Shown piece after piece: positions 40,226 through 53,468 of a stretch of DNA of 64,000 bases. How positions within the stretch are numbered: position 1 is the first letter of the stretch; every line of letters starts with the position of its first letter. The position numbers and the translations under genes are program-made. Origin of the DNA: Octopus sinensis (taxonomy: Eukaryota); the NCBI RefSeq assembly GCF_006345805.1, contig NC_042998.1:50220001-50284000 (forward strand), given 5' to 3'. The notes below the pieces were generated by a model. It was not told where the DNA came from. It saw only the letters and a program-made list of their open reading frames with translations, and did not search any database.

Positions 40226-40409
40226 CTGTGTGTATGTGTGCACGTGCTTGCATGTGCTTGGGCGTGCTTATGTGTGGTATTTTGTGTATTAGTGTGTGTG
40301 GTGTGTGTGTGTTTAAGGTGTGTGCTTGTGTGTGGTGTTTGTGTGTGTATGAGTGTGTGCTTCTGTGTGATGTGTTTGTGTGTGTGTGTGTGTGAGTGTG
40401 TTTGTGTGT

Positions 40410-40442
<33 letters not shown>

Positions 40443-40550
40443 AGTGTTTGTGAGTGTTTGTGTGTGTGTGTGTGTGAGTGTTTGTGTGTGTGTTTGTGTG
40501 TGTATGAGTGTGTGCTTCTGTGTGATGTGTTTGTGTGTGTGTGTGTGTAT
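40226..40550. repeat. Degenerate (TG)n array
   Basis: Directly visible. Confidence 0.9.
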
Positions 40551-40869
40551 CATGTGGAATCACCTCTTAGCCTTTATTCTTCCTGGCATTCTGTATTAGG
40601 GCTTACCTCCCTATGCATGCGAAGGCTAGATGGGACAGACTCTGCGGAACAGACCTCCATGATTCAACGGAAAGAAAGGTGACTGCAAGAACGCATTGTG
40701 GAATGCAGAGAGGAAAATGAGGCAACTAAGCCATCAAGCTCATTCACTGCATCCCCAATTGTCTTGACTTGGTCTTATCACTGGATTGTTGACAATCACG
40801 GGCGAGAGTGAAGTTGACGGACCGAACTTTAATGGTACTGCACAAGTCATTATATATATATATATATAT

Positions 40870-41309
40870 ATAAATAGTAATGCAATACTAGAGTATTGCT
40901 TTCCAGTAAAGAATAGCCCGTGAGGGAAAAATATACATAGAAGTAAATAAATGGCACAACGAAGTACCGATATTTACTGGAAAATAGCGTTTTGGCGTTT
41001 CAGTCGAGTGTATTAGCATTGATGTGGCAACATCTGAAATGTTGTCGGGTATATATTTGGCTGATGAAGATAAATCAAGTATATGTGTACAGACATATCT
41101 TGAAAAATCTGAAACCGGTCCCACGTTATCCCTATCTAGGTATTTCATCTTTCAGATGTTCTCCCTGGAGGTAAGACAATTTTTTTCAAGTTTGTTGCAC
41201 ACACGCATTTTTGCTAGTACATACGCGGTGAAGCTATACATTAGCGTCGTATTTATTACGTTCGCTATTTTCCAGTAAATATCGGTACTTCGTTGTGCCA
41301 TTTATTTAC

Positions 41310-41315
<6 letters not shown>
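40870..41315 (+). mobile_element. Fold-back element in (TA)n carrying a hammerhead ribozyme (Penelope pLTR-like)
   Basis: Perfect 53-bp inverted repeat 40937-40989/41263-41315, TA tracts on both sides, hammerhead inside. Confidence 0.8.
41047..41132 (+). ncRNA. Type I hammerhead ribozyme with palindromic stem III
   Basis: UGG-CUGAUGA-[AGAU/AUCU, UCAAG/CUUGA, AUAUGU/ACAUAU]-GAAA-CCGG-UC-CCA; predicted cleavage after C41120. Outer perfect 11-bp helix at 41029-41039/41150-41160. Confidence 0.8.
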
Positions 41316-41348
<33 letters not shown>

Positions 41349-43238
41349 CTTCAATAATGTATATCTAACATTATTTTCTATTTTTATTTCCATTCTTCGA
41401 TGTACTTCACATCGAGCTGTCTATTAACGATTCCTGTAACATACCAGTCGGTAGTTGAAAATATATATATATATATAAAACAAACAAAAAACGCTGCTAG
41501 CACCTTAGCACCTCATTTAACCCGTCCCTCTCATTTCGTCGGAGATGGAGACCATAAAATATACCCCAGAACCCTAACTACAACGCAACGCATCCGATTA
41601 AACCAGAGAAATAGAGAGAACTTGTAGGCTTATATTTTTCAATCCGACAGCATAACTTCGTCAGCGTTTGAACTCAGAGCGCAGGAAGGTAGAATCCTAA
41701 CGAGTTTTGATAATTTGCTGCCGAGTGTTGATGGTGGATCTTTAACTTTTGTTTGTGTCCTAGAAGAGTATTTTAAATAAGGAAGCCGTTACTCTTCAGG
41801 CATGAAAACAGCCAATTTCTTTCAGACGAAAAGGGAATGAAGAAAAGCGAGAAAAGAGTGAGAATAAAAATCGGCTTCGGTACTTGTTCTTTATTGTTTA
41901 TTCCAACAGGATGAAGAGTAAAGTTGCCCTTTGAAAGATTTGAACTCAAAGCGCAGAGGCTTAGAACGAATACCTCAAAATATTCTAACCGGCAGGCTAA
42001 TAGATCTTCGAAACTTCCGTCTAAATATACAACCTTTAGATTTCAAAACACATGTAAACGGTAAAAGTTTATGACTCTATATGTATGTGTACATATATAC
42101 ACACATATATATATATATATGTATACGTGTGAATTTGTGTGAGAGATAGTCTTTATTTAATGCTACGTATATACATCATCTTCAGCGTGTTTCATCGAAG
42201 ACAAATTGTACATTCTTGATGGTAACGAGGGAACTTTCACAAAATCGTTTGATCTTGTATTAATAACAGATAAATTTCCCTCAAAAATTATTGCCTTCCA
42301 GCTTTAAGAAAAAAAGTGCATACATTGACTTACATAGCCTTAGATATACTAAGTTTGAAAACAAGACACGACAGTCAAAGTAAGTGTGTCTTCTATCATA
42401 AATCTGCTCTATCAAATGACATGTGATTAAACAACGCTTGGCAGCTTGTCATAAGACTATACATTGAAGCATAACACTATAATATATAATTTTGAAAAAT
42501 GATCTTCCTAACACAGTTAAGTACTAAAAAGACAACCAAATAATATATGGTTTCTGGTAGTCTTTTCTAACACAAAATTTTGGTGTTCATTACAATCATT
42601 ATTTGCTAATGCTTTCTTCTGGACTTCAGTTTAGCTTACAAGAGTAACGGACTTTGGGTTCCTATTTGATGGAATTCAGAACAGTTTTCGTCAATAAAAT
42701 TCCACTCAACGTAGAGTGCAATAGAAAAAAATACATTATACAAATGTAGCGCTGTAGGTTCAAACACTAAAATAGTTGCAAAACGAACATCGAACCTATG
42801 AGATAACGACTAAGTCTGTCAAGACATTTTCCTTAAAGCTATCCTATCAACAGTTTTACTGACAGATACATCATGAATTGTGGTTTCAAATAAAAGCACT
42901 GTATGTAATAGTGCCATATACACGCATCCCTGCCATCAATGATACTACATCACTTTCTTAGAAGATTGCTGACGTCAATTTAACAAATCATGAGTTTTTC
43001 CTTTGCTCTCTTATTTGTAATATAAATCCAAATATGCGTTCATACACGCATGCTTGCATGCATTTGTGTTTGGTTACTCGTGTGAGTCTATGTCCACACG
43101 TTTGTGCATTTTCATTTATAAATATATGTATATTAGTTAGCTGAATGCTGCACACGGTTGAAGAAGGAAATATGCTTGCATATAAATTTGTGCTTGTATC
43201 TATTTAGCTATGTACGTGCGTATGAATGTATGTATATA

Positions 43239-43437
43239 CGAGGGGCTGCTGAAAAGTTTCTGGATTTGGAAGATCAATTAATTATGATTTTTATTCATCA
43301 TATTCCCCTCTCAGATTTACACACTTATTAAAGTGGCCCTTCAGCTTTTCAAAGCCCAGTAAAAGAACTCGGAAGGTTGGCCTTCTACCAGGCCTTTCAC
43401 GTTACCCTTTAAGCCAGGAACTTCTCAGCACCCCTCA
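43239..43437. mobile_element. Tc1/mariner-type MITE
   Basis: TA-CGAGGGGCTGCTGAAAAGTT...GGAACTTCTCAGCACCCCTC imperfect TIRs; second copy at 63326-63538. Confidence 0.8.
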
Positions 43438-43468
43438 TCTCTGTAGTGTATATTATATATATATATAT

Positions 43469-43510
<42 letters not shown>

Positions 43511-43513
<3 letters not shown>

Positions 43514-43731
43514 TCTTTACTACCCACAAGGGGCTAAACATAGAAGGACAAACAAGGACAGACAAACGGATTAAGTCGATTATATCGACCCCAATGCGAA
43601 ACTGGTACTTTAGTTTTCGACCCCGAAAGGATGAAAGGCAAAGTCGACCTCGGCGGAATTTGAACTCAGAACGTAACGACAGACGAAATACCGCGAAGCA
43701 TTTCGCCCGGCGCGCTAACGTTTCTGCCAGC
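43511..43731 (-). mobile_element. SINE family A, long-tail form, in (TA)n
   Basis: Near-identical to the other young copies. Confidence 0.9.
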
Positions 43732-43842
43732 TATATATATATAGTTAATCCAAACATGAACAAAGAGAAAACACAATAACGCGAGGACGTGGAACAAGTA
43801 TAGTGTTATTGGACGCTCAGGAAAGGATAGCAAGAAGGAGGA

Positions 43843-43874
43843 TTTACGTTTCGAGCGGAGCTCTTCGTCAGAAA
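43843..43874 (-). ncRNA. Minimal Penelope-type hammerhead ribozyme motif
   Basis: Minus strand reads UUU-CUGACGA-A-GAGC(UCC)GCUC-GAAA-CG-UA-AA; palindromic ACGU stem III. Lies in a roughly 210-bp insert (43743-43950) between TA tracts. Confidence 0.7.
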
Positions 43875-44019
43875 TATAGAAAAAAGGAAAAGTCCAAGGA
43901 AGGGAAGATGGAGAAAGAAAATCGCCAACGATACACATGCGGTCACCCCCGCCTCCATATATACATATATCTTGTTTCAGTTATGCAGCTGCGATCACGC
44001 TGGCGCACCACCGTATATA

Positions 44020-44345
44020 AGGTGTTTCTCGATAAATAAACACCTTCGGATGTACCAAACCGGAATTTCAAAGTTTCCACCAAGAAAACCCAATGCAACA
44101 AGGGGCAATCTGAGAATTATGGCAACTCTCCTTAATAAACAAATTGAAACCAGCCATTCACAACAGAAAGGAACTACACGACACTTTCTATAGCAACAAC
44201 AGTTCGCACATGCCACCTTCCTCTTCCCTTACCTGCCGCACCCTCACAGATTGAGCAGTAACCTTTTCTAACTGTGTCTTATCCGAATATCCTGAAGAAG
44301 GAATCTTCACCCCGAAATATAGAAATACAAGGTAAAACTGCAAAT
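44020..44345 (+). mobile_element. Penelope-like element 3' remnant (GIY-YIG C-terminus plus degenerate hammerhead)
   Basis: 44107-44173 reads NLRIMATLL/INKLKPAIHNRKE across one frameshift, like the PLE endonuclease end LxIxExLxIxxxKPxxN. Followed by CTGAAGA-AGG..CC-GAAATATA at 44292-44321. Confidence 0.6.
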
Positions 44346-45594
44346 TTGTTCTGCTTTGTTTTCCTTCTGTAGGTTATTTGGCATCTTCTCGCATTGTTGC
44401 GGCTTTATACAACTATATTCTTTAAAAGTATACCTCACAACGCTTCACCAAAACCACCTCACACCAACACTCATATACATATATATTTTTTTTTACGTTT
44501 TGTGACGTCCTGCACTTACATATGCATATGTATATATGTATACATATGTATATATGCATATATATATATATATATAAACACATATAAATATACGTATACA
44601 TACACACACTATGTATATGTATATATATAAATACATATATAAATATTTGTATATATATATATATACGTATACATATATGTACATATACGCATATATATAT
44701 ATATGTACATATGTTTTTTGTTTATACACCTGTCTTCGCCTTTTGTTGTAAATTCCAACTATACACACACACACACACACACACACAACACACACACATA
44801 TATATGCAAAAATACATATATTCTATACACGTATATATATTAATATATATATGTTTATATATGTAATATATATACATGATATGTATATACTTATATATAT
44901 TTGTATGTATGTACGCATGCATATATGTAAATAGATTGATAACTAGATAACTAGATGGATAGGTAAATGATTAAACACGTACACGGAGACCGATCCATGC
45001 ATACACGAACGCACGCACACATGTGTACATACACGCCCCCCCCCAAATACATACATACATACACACACACCAGCACGTTTGTAAGCGTGTACGCGATATT
45101 CTATGGAGAGAGAAATCAGGAAACTGATATGCCAGAAAACAAGATATGATGTGTATGTGTGATGTATGTGCGGTCGGGGCAGATGTTTCCGTTTGAGGAA
45201 TTTTCCTACATCTTTCTCTTGTATCAAATTTATAATATAGCTGTCACCAGAAAATACAGGTGCTGCCCGTAAGTATCTTGCGAAGATCGACCGAGTATTT
45301 CATAAAGATGCAATGAACACTCTGAATTACAACGCAGTTTCTCTGCCAGCTATTATACATTTATCTTCCAGGGTGGCAGAGTTATTCCAAATATTCAATG
45401 CTACCAATAGCCGCGTGCGTTTTAACTTCGGGTGCAGGCCTCGTTTAAGTAGCTCTTACGATCCAAACCATTCCATCTGCGACTGTTCCACCTTGGACTC
45501 AGACACACTTTATTCAAGACGATACTAAAACACGGCTTCCTTTAAGCTATTGCATTTGTATCTTCTGGGATCGCTCCACCGGTTCTAATACTAG

Positions 45595-46190
45595 TTTCAA
45601 ATTTTGGCACAAGGCCAGCAAGGTAGGCGGAAGAGTTGAGTCGATTGCATTGACGCCAGTGCTCAACTGGTACTTATTTTATTTGAACCCGAAAGGATGA
45701 AGGGCTCAATAAAAGGTTCACCCCGGCAGAATTTGAACTCAATACACAGAGCCGGACGAAATACCTATTTCTATTTCTTTACTACCCACAAGTGGCTAAA
45801 CATCAGAGAGGACAAACAAGGACAGACAAACGGATTAAGTCGAGTATATCGACCCCAGTGCGTAACTCGTACTTATTTAATCGATCCCGAAAGGATGAAA
45901 GGCAAAGTCGACCTCGGCGGAATTTGAACTCAGAACGTAGCGGCAGACGAAATACCGCTAAGCAGTTTGCCTGGTGCGCTAACGGTTCTAACAGCTCGCC
46001 CTAATATTAATAATAAACCTTTCTGCTATAGGTATAAGTCTTAAAATTTCGGTGGAAGGGACTAGTTGATCATGTCGACCCCAATTCTCAATTGGTACTT
46101 ATTCCATCGACTCTGAACAGTAAAGTCGATCTCGGCGAAATTTGACCTTCACCAGGAGTGCTAGCGATCCTGCCAACTCGCTGCTTTAAA
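45595..46190 (-). mobile_element. SINE family A dimer (45595-46001) plus a decayed copy
   Basis: Junction GAAATACCTATTTC at about 45758 joins a long-tail copy to a short-tail copy. Confidence 0.85.
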
Positions 46191-46529
46191 CGTTTAACGC
46201 TTTTTAGCCACGTATAAATCCCACAGACAAGGAAATCTTACCACCAAAATCATTCCGACAGTCACTATTTTATTTTTAACTCGGGTTAAACATAATCTAA
46301 CTTTACATAATCTAGTCTATTATACCTTTTTGAAATTTTAAGATGAGTATGGAGGGATTTGAGAGAGTTTTAACTGCTCTTTCTACCAGGCTTGAGCAAT
46401 TACTCAGAGTGACTGTTTGTAATAGTGAATTGTCCTACACCTTTCAACTGTATCAAGTTTATAACATAACTGTCACCAGAAAATACAGGTGATGCCTGTA
46501 TATCCTGCGAAGACACGCTGAATATCTAC

Positions 46530-46940
46530 TCTCTTTTATCTTTTACTTGTTTCAGTTATTAGACTGCGACCATGCTGGGGCACACCTTGAAAATTTGTTT
46601 CAGTCGAATGAATCGACCCTAGTATATATTTATTTATTTATTTATTTATTTAATTTTGTTAAGCCTGGAACTTATTCTATCGGTGTCTTTTGCCGAACTT
46701 CTAAGTTAATGGGACGTAAACACACCAACACCGGTTGTCAAGCGATGGTGGGGGACAAACGCACTCACACATGCATACAAGCATACATACATACATACAT
46801 ATCCATATATACAAAGGATTCTTCTAGTTTCCGTCTATCAAATTCACTCACAAGGTTTTAGTCGGCCCAGGGTGTCATACAGTGGAATTGAACTCGGAAC
46901 CGTGTGGTTGGGAAGCAAGCTTCTTACCACACTGCCACGC
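46530..46940 (-). mobile_element. SINE family B interrupting a locally duplicated segment
   Basis: The flanks rejoin to match 45229-45362. Confidence 0.8.
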
Positions 46941-48269
46941 ATGGGCTTAAAGATGCAATGAACGCTCTGTTACAAAACGCAGTTTCCCTATCAGCTATCA
47001 TACATTTGATTTGGTTTTCACGTAATCTAAGTTCACGCAAATCTATCCATTTGCATTTTTTCTTCATTTCAAATTTTAAAACGAGTATGGAATGATTTGA
47101 ATGAGTTTTAACTGCTCTCCCTACAAGGCTTGAGTAATTACACAGCGTTACTTAGTTTAATCATTAGCAATAAATAAACTACTGTATCTGGTTCAGCGTG
47201 AATCACTGTTGTTGTTATTATTGCTTGTTCTTATTGTTCAGCCCCCGGCCAACTTTGATCAGATACACTTATTGGCAAATGATGTTGCAGGCACTAAAAT
47301 TACGCTATTGAATGTCTTTCATTTCTGATGGCGGTGTGATTTAAATGAGATTTTATAGATTCTTTCTAGAATATCAAACAACCGTGAAGACATTTCCCCA
47401 TCGCTGTTGACACGTGGATTTTCTGTATTAGATGATGGATATGTTTCTTTTTGTTTCTTTTTTGTTTGTCTCCAAGTCAACACTAATCATATGACGTTCG
47501 ACCATTGACCATCCCATTGTTTACTTCTTTCCGATGATATAATCTCCCGTGTCCTTCTTTTCTTAAGACAGAAAATTAGGTTATAGAAAGGTTTTCCTGT
47601 TATTACTTACAATACTAAATACCTACTTTCGCTTTTATCAGTTCTGGCTGTGGCGCTTGTTATTGATTAGTTCCAGGTCAGCCATATTAAATCAACCCAT
47701 AAACAAAACATGATTCCAGCCACGGCCATCTAGTTCTACAACAACACTACATTATCTACCGAATTCTTTCATTTACCTTTGTATCATGACAACGTGGTAT
47801 TATTTGAAACCTTGACTGCTATTTCTAGCACGCCAAGAAACCTCGGAGAGGAGCCACTCTCTTTGGAATGTTATTTTCGATGTTGCTATGGTTGCTACAG
47901 CTGCTGCTGTTGCTGCTACTGCTGCTGCTGTTGTTTTTCTTGTAGTTTTACTGCAGCTGCAGCTAAGTGGACTGCTGCAACTGCAACAGTTGCTAACGTT
48001 GTCTTAACGCTCGCCTCGCATTTACTAAAGCCTGCTTGCGATTAGATGTGTGCGCGTGCATGAGAGTGGGTGTGCATGAGCGTGCATATACATACACGCA
48101 CACGTATATGTATGTATATATTTATACAAATGTATTTCATATGTATAAATATATATGTAAAGAGATTAATATGCACACACATACTCACACATATACACAA
48201 ATTTATATACATTCATACTGCGGTGACAGAGGAAAGTATGTTACATAATAAAAATAACATGATATGCAA

Positions 48270-48277
48270 TATCTGTA

Positions 48278-48309
<32 letters not shown>

Positions 48310-48353
48310 AGTACATACATATATATATACATACATATACATACATATATACA

Positions 48354-48389
<36 letters not shown>

Positions 48390-49240
48390 TACATACATAT
48401 ATATATACATACATATATACATACATATATACATACATACATATAACATACATACATATATATATACATACATACATATATACATATATATATACATACA
48501 ATATATATACATATATATAACATACATACATATATACATACATACATATATAATACATACATATATATATACATACATATATACATACATACATAATACA
48601 ACATATACTATAATACATACATATATACATACATACATATATACATACATACATATATACATATATACATACATATATATATACATACATATATATAATA
48701 ACATACATAATAAATACTAATATATTAAACATACATATATATATACCATACATATATATAATACACATACTATATACATACTATATTACATACATATATA
48801 CATACATATATAATACATACATATATACATACATATAATATACATATATACATACATATATATATACATATACATACATATATATATACATATACATACA
48901 TATATATATACATATATACATACATATATACATACATATATACATACATATATACATACATATATACATACATATATACATACATATATATCATACATAT
49001 ATACATACATATATACATACATATATACATACATATATACATACATATATACATACATATACATACATATATACATACATATATACATACATATATACAT
49101 ACATATATATATACATACATACATACATATATACATACATATATATATACATACATACATATATGTATATATACATGCATATATAGATATATACATACAT
49201 ATATATATCCATAGATATATATCTGCATACATATATATAC

Positions 49241-49273
<33 letters not shown>

Positions 49274-49895
49274 CATCTGAAGATTTCATCTGAATGAAAC
49301 AGTTCTAGTCCTGTAGAAGCTCCTTCTATAAAATAAATATATATATATACATATATATACATAAATATATATATATATATACATATATATATAGAGATTT
49401 ACATATATATATATATTACATATATATATATATATGTTATATATATGTTTATAAATATATACATATATATATATATGTTTATAAATATATACATATATAT
49501 ATATAGGTTTATAAATATATACATATATATATATATGTATAAATATATGCATATATATAATATATACATATATATATATATTTATAATATAATATATATT
49601 ACATATAAATATATACATATAAATATATATAACATATAAATATATATATACATATTTTACATATATAATATAATGTTTATAAATATATACATATATATGT
49701 ATACATATATATATACATATATATGAAATATAATATATATATATACATATATATATATACATACACGTATGTATACATATATATATATACGTATATATAC
49801 ATATATGCATATGTATACGTATACATATATATATATGCATATGTATACACATACATATATATATATGCATATGTATACACATACATTTATATGTA
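48270..49895. repeat. About 1.6-kb degenerate (TA)/(CATA) array with a short embedded insert
   Basis: Directly visible; non-repetitive insert at 49272-49336. Confidence 0.95.
49272..49315 (+). ncRNA. Degenerate hammerhead-like remnant
   Basis: TACAT-CTGAAGA-TTTCATCTGAAT-GAAA-CAGTTCTAG-TC-CTGTA; core boxes are present but the closing pairs of stems I and II are mismatched. Confidence 0.35.
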
Positions 49896-50342
49896 TAATT
49901 GGCAAAATATGACCAATATCTTTTGCAACACGCGTTTGCGTAACAAGAATCTTGCAAAACAAATACGCAAACCTATACATGCCCCCCCCCACACACACAC
50001 ACATACACACACATATATAGGGAGGGAAAGAGTGAGAGGGAGAAAAAAATAAATGGATAGACGGGTAGAAAGATATTTTTCGTCTCAACAATCAAAGCAC
50101 CTACTGGACACCTCCAACAACAAAACAAGCTACAGAAATAGAGTTGTTGGTTGGTAGTTTTAAGGACAGCTTAAACAGAAAATACATACAATGAAATTGA
50201 ATGCTACATATACGGATGGATGAAGCTGCAGAAACAGACCATGCACACATACGCACATACACGTATGTGCAGCTGAGTGCATGGGTATATAAGAACATAC
50301 ATATTCATAAATACATACGTATATATATATATATATATATAT

Positions 50343-51027
50343 ACTCTTTTACTCTTTTACTTGTTTCAGTCATTTGACTGCGGCCATGCTGGAGCACCGC
50401 CTTTAATCGAGCAACTCGACCCTGGGACTTATTCTTTGTAAGCCTAGTACTTATTCTATCGGTCTCTTCTGCCGAACCGCTAAGTGACGGGGACATAAGC
50501 ACACCAGCATCGGTTGTCAAGTAATGCTAGGGGGACAAACACAAACAAACTCCTACACATATATATATATACATATATATACATATATACGACGGGCTTC
50601 TTTCAGTTTCCGTCTACCAAATCCACTCACAAGGCTTTGGTCGGCCCGAGGCTATAGCAGAAGACACTTGCCCAAGGTGCCACACAGTGGGACTGAACCC
50701 GGAACCATGTGGTTGGTAAACAAGCTACTTACCACACAGCCACTACTATATATATATATATAACATATATATACACGTATATTTACGTATATATATAAGT
50801 TACACGGGGATGTAAATTCACCAACATCGGTTGTGAAATGATGGCGGGAGAAAAACAGACACACAAATACATACATTTATATATACGACGGGATTCTTTC
50901 AGCTTCTGTCTACCAAATCCATTCACAAGGCTTTGGTCGGCTGGAGGCTCTGATAGAAGACACTTGCCCAAGGTGCCACGCTGTGAGACTGAACCCGGAA
51001 CCATGTGGTTGGGAAGTAAGCTTCTTA
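50343..51027 (-). mobile_element. SINE family B full copy (50343-50744) and partial copy (50800-51027)
   Basis: Young copy with intact head, core and tail (CCAGCATGGCCGCAGTCAAATGACTGAAACAAGTAAAAGAG). Confidence 0.92.
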
Positions 51028-51628
51028 TTTCGTTATTGCCTACAAGGGGCTAAACATAGAGGGGACCAGCAAAGATAGACAAAGGGATTAAGTCGATTAC
51101 ATCGACCCCAGTGCGTAACTGCTACTTAATTTATCCACCCAGAAAGGATGAAAGATCAAGGTCGACCTCGGCGGAATTTGAACTCAGAACGTAGTCGCAG
51201 ACGAAATAACTATTTCTTTACTACCCACAAGGGGCTAAACACAGAGAGGACAAAGAAGGATAGACAAACGGGATTAAGTCAATTATATCGAACCCAGTGC
51301 GTAACTGGTACTTATTTAATCGACCCCGAAAGGATGAATGGCAAAGTCGACCTTGGCGGAATTTGAACCCAGAACGTAGCGGTAGACGAAATACCTATTT
51401 CTTTACTACCCACAAGGGGCTAAATACAGAGAGGACAAACAAGGACAGACGAACGGGTTAAGTCGATTATATCGACTACAGTGCGTAACTGGTACTTATT
51501 TAATCGACCCCGAAAGGATGAAAAGCAAAGTCGACCTCGACGGAATTTGAACTCAGAACGTAACGGCAGACGAAGTACGGCCACGCATTTCGCCCGGCGT
51601 GCTAACGTTTCTGCCAGATCGCCGCCTT
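51025..51628 (-). mobile_element. SINE family A tandem trimer
   Basis: Three bodies and one head; junctions at about 51204 and 51388. Confidence 0.9.
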
Positions 51629-52680
51629 TAGGAGTAAGCTTCTTACCACTCGGACACTCCTGCGCATAATTACTACACAAACATTCATAATCAATTTTAA
51701 TTTTCACGAGCTACCATACAGGCAAAACTAATAAAGCGTTAAAACACGCATACAGACACAAACATGGAATGCAGACAAACATGTATGCACAACACACACA
51801 CCACACACACACACACATACATACATACATACGTGTGTTTGTGTGTCTATGTAAAATATATATAGTCACATACATACGTACATAAACTTACATATACATA
51901 TTGTATACACACACTCACACACACAGAGTTATATATAGGGACTTTTCGGACGATTCAGATGTGCGTCAACTACAGCATCAGAGCATTTTAGCTCTTATCT
52001 ATAGCAGTGTAGGTGTTTCTCAACACCCTCTTCACATTTAGTGACAATTATAATTCGCCTTCGAGGTGAAATATTGCAACCTGCTGTTTATATTAAATTC
52101 CATATATATATATATATATATATATATATTCCAGCATGATCGCAGCCGCATGCCTGAAACGAATGAAAGACTATATGAATATATAATATAATATTTATAT
52201 ATATATATATATATTATATATATATATATATATAGTGTGTTGTGTTGTGTGTGTAACACATGTGTGTGTGTGTGTGTTGTGTGTGTTGTGTGTGTTTGAG
52301 AGCTGTAGGCTGAATGAACGCGAAAGGAAAAAGATGGAGGAAGATAGAAACGGATTAAGAGATATCCCGACCCCCTCTCTTTCTTTGTTTCTCTCTGTCT
52401 CTCACTCACACAGGCACACATACACACACTCAGGCGCGCACACAAGCGCTCGTGGGTGGGTGAATACAAAGGCAATCAGACATTCACAACCTAAGACAAC
52501 ATATAACGTAGCAACACCTCCTACATACATAGCCACACATCGTATAACATAAGACAAACCAAATGACGTATCATGTATGTATGTATGTATGTATGTAGAC
52601 GGCAACTCAACGATTGATCCCTGCATCTTGTATCGTGTAGTCAGGCCCTCGTCTTTACAGAGAAATGACGCATGTTAGAC

Positions 52681-53468
52681 CAGTGATTCTCAATCGGGGT
52701 CCATATAAGAGTTTTCGGGATTCACACAACAAAACAGTAAACTGGGGGTCCAGAATTTTATTTTAAGGGCCTCTGAAAAAAAATTTTTCTTGTGATGTAT
52801 GTATTGGTATGTATTGGAAGGAACAGCTAGGTTTCTTTCTCTAACATTTTACATATGGCCCTGAGGGTCCATGTAAGATTTTTGAGGACCCACACAACAA
52901 AATAGTAAATTGGAGATCCACTATAATATTTAAGGGGTCCCTGAAAAAATTTTGCTTGAGATGTGTGTATTGGTATGAATTGCAAAAAAAAACTGATGGT
53001 ACGTAAGGTCGTGATTTCGATTCCCGGCGATGTGTTGCGTTCTTGCGCAAGACACTTTATTTCACGTTGTACCAATCCGCTCAGCTGGCAAAAATGTGTT
53101 GTACCTATACTTCGAAAGACCAGCCTTGTCACATTCTGTGTCACGCTCAATCTCCCTGGGAACTATGTTAAGAGTACACGTGTCTGTGGAGTGCTAAGCC
53201 ACTTGAACATTAATTTCACAAGCCGGCTTTTCCGTTGGTGATCAACTGGAACCGACGGAACGTCAGTTAGCAAGAAACAGCTAGGTTGCTTTCTCTAACA
53301 TTTTACATAAATCAACCTATACAGGTTAATATGCGAAAAGCAACTTGGGAATTTTGAATGAAATTTTCTTAAAACTAGTTTTTAAACATCGAATAGCTAT
53401 GGATGCTCACCAGTACAAAATAGTAATGAAAAGAGCCCATAGATAAAACAAATGGTTGACAATTGTTC
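52681..53468. mobile_element. hAT-type MITE with an internal tandem duplication of about 168 bp and a nested SINE (about 52995-53265)
   Basis: CAGTGATTCTCAA start, homology to 26208-26519, TSD-like TGTTAGAC/TGTTAGAA; the right TIR is decayed. Confidence 0.65.

Noticed and set aside
40553-40845. Solo LTR between TG and TA tracts
   Set aside because: TGTG...CACA ends are present but there is no matching TSD or second copy.
26045-51669. Recurrent ORFs with RPRKDERQSRPRRNLNSER / RRHLPKVP / GKVDLGGI
   Set aside because: These are antisense or incidental readings of SINE families A and B, not a protein family.
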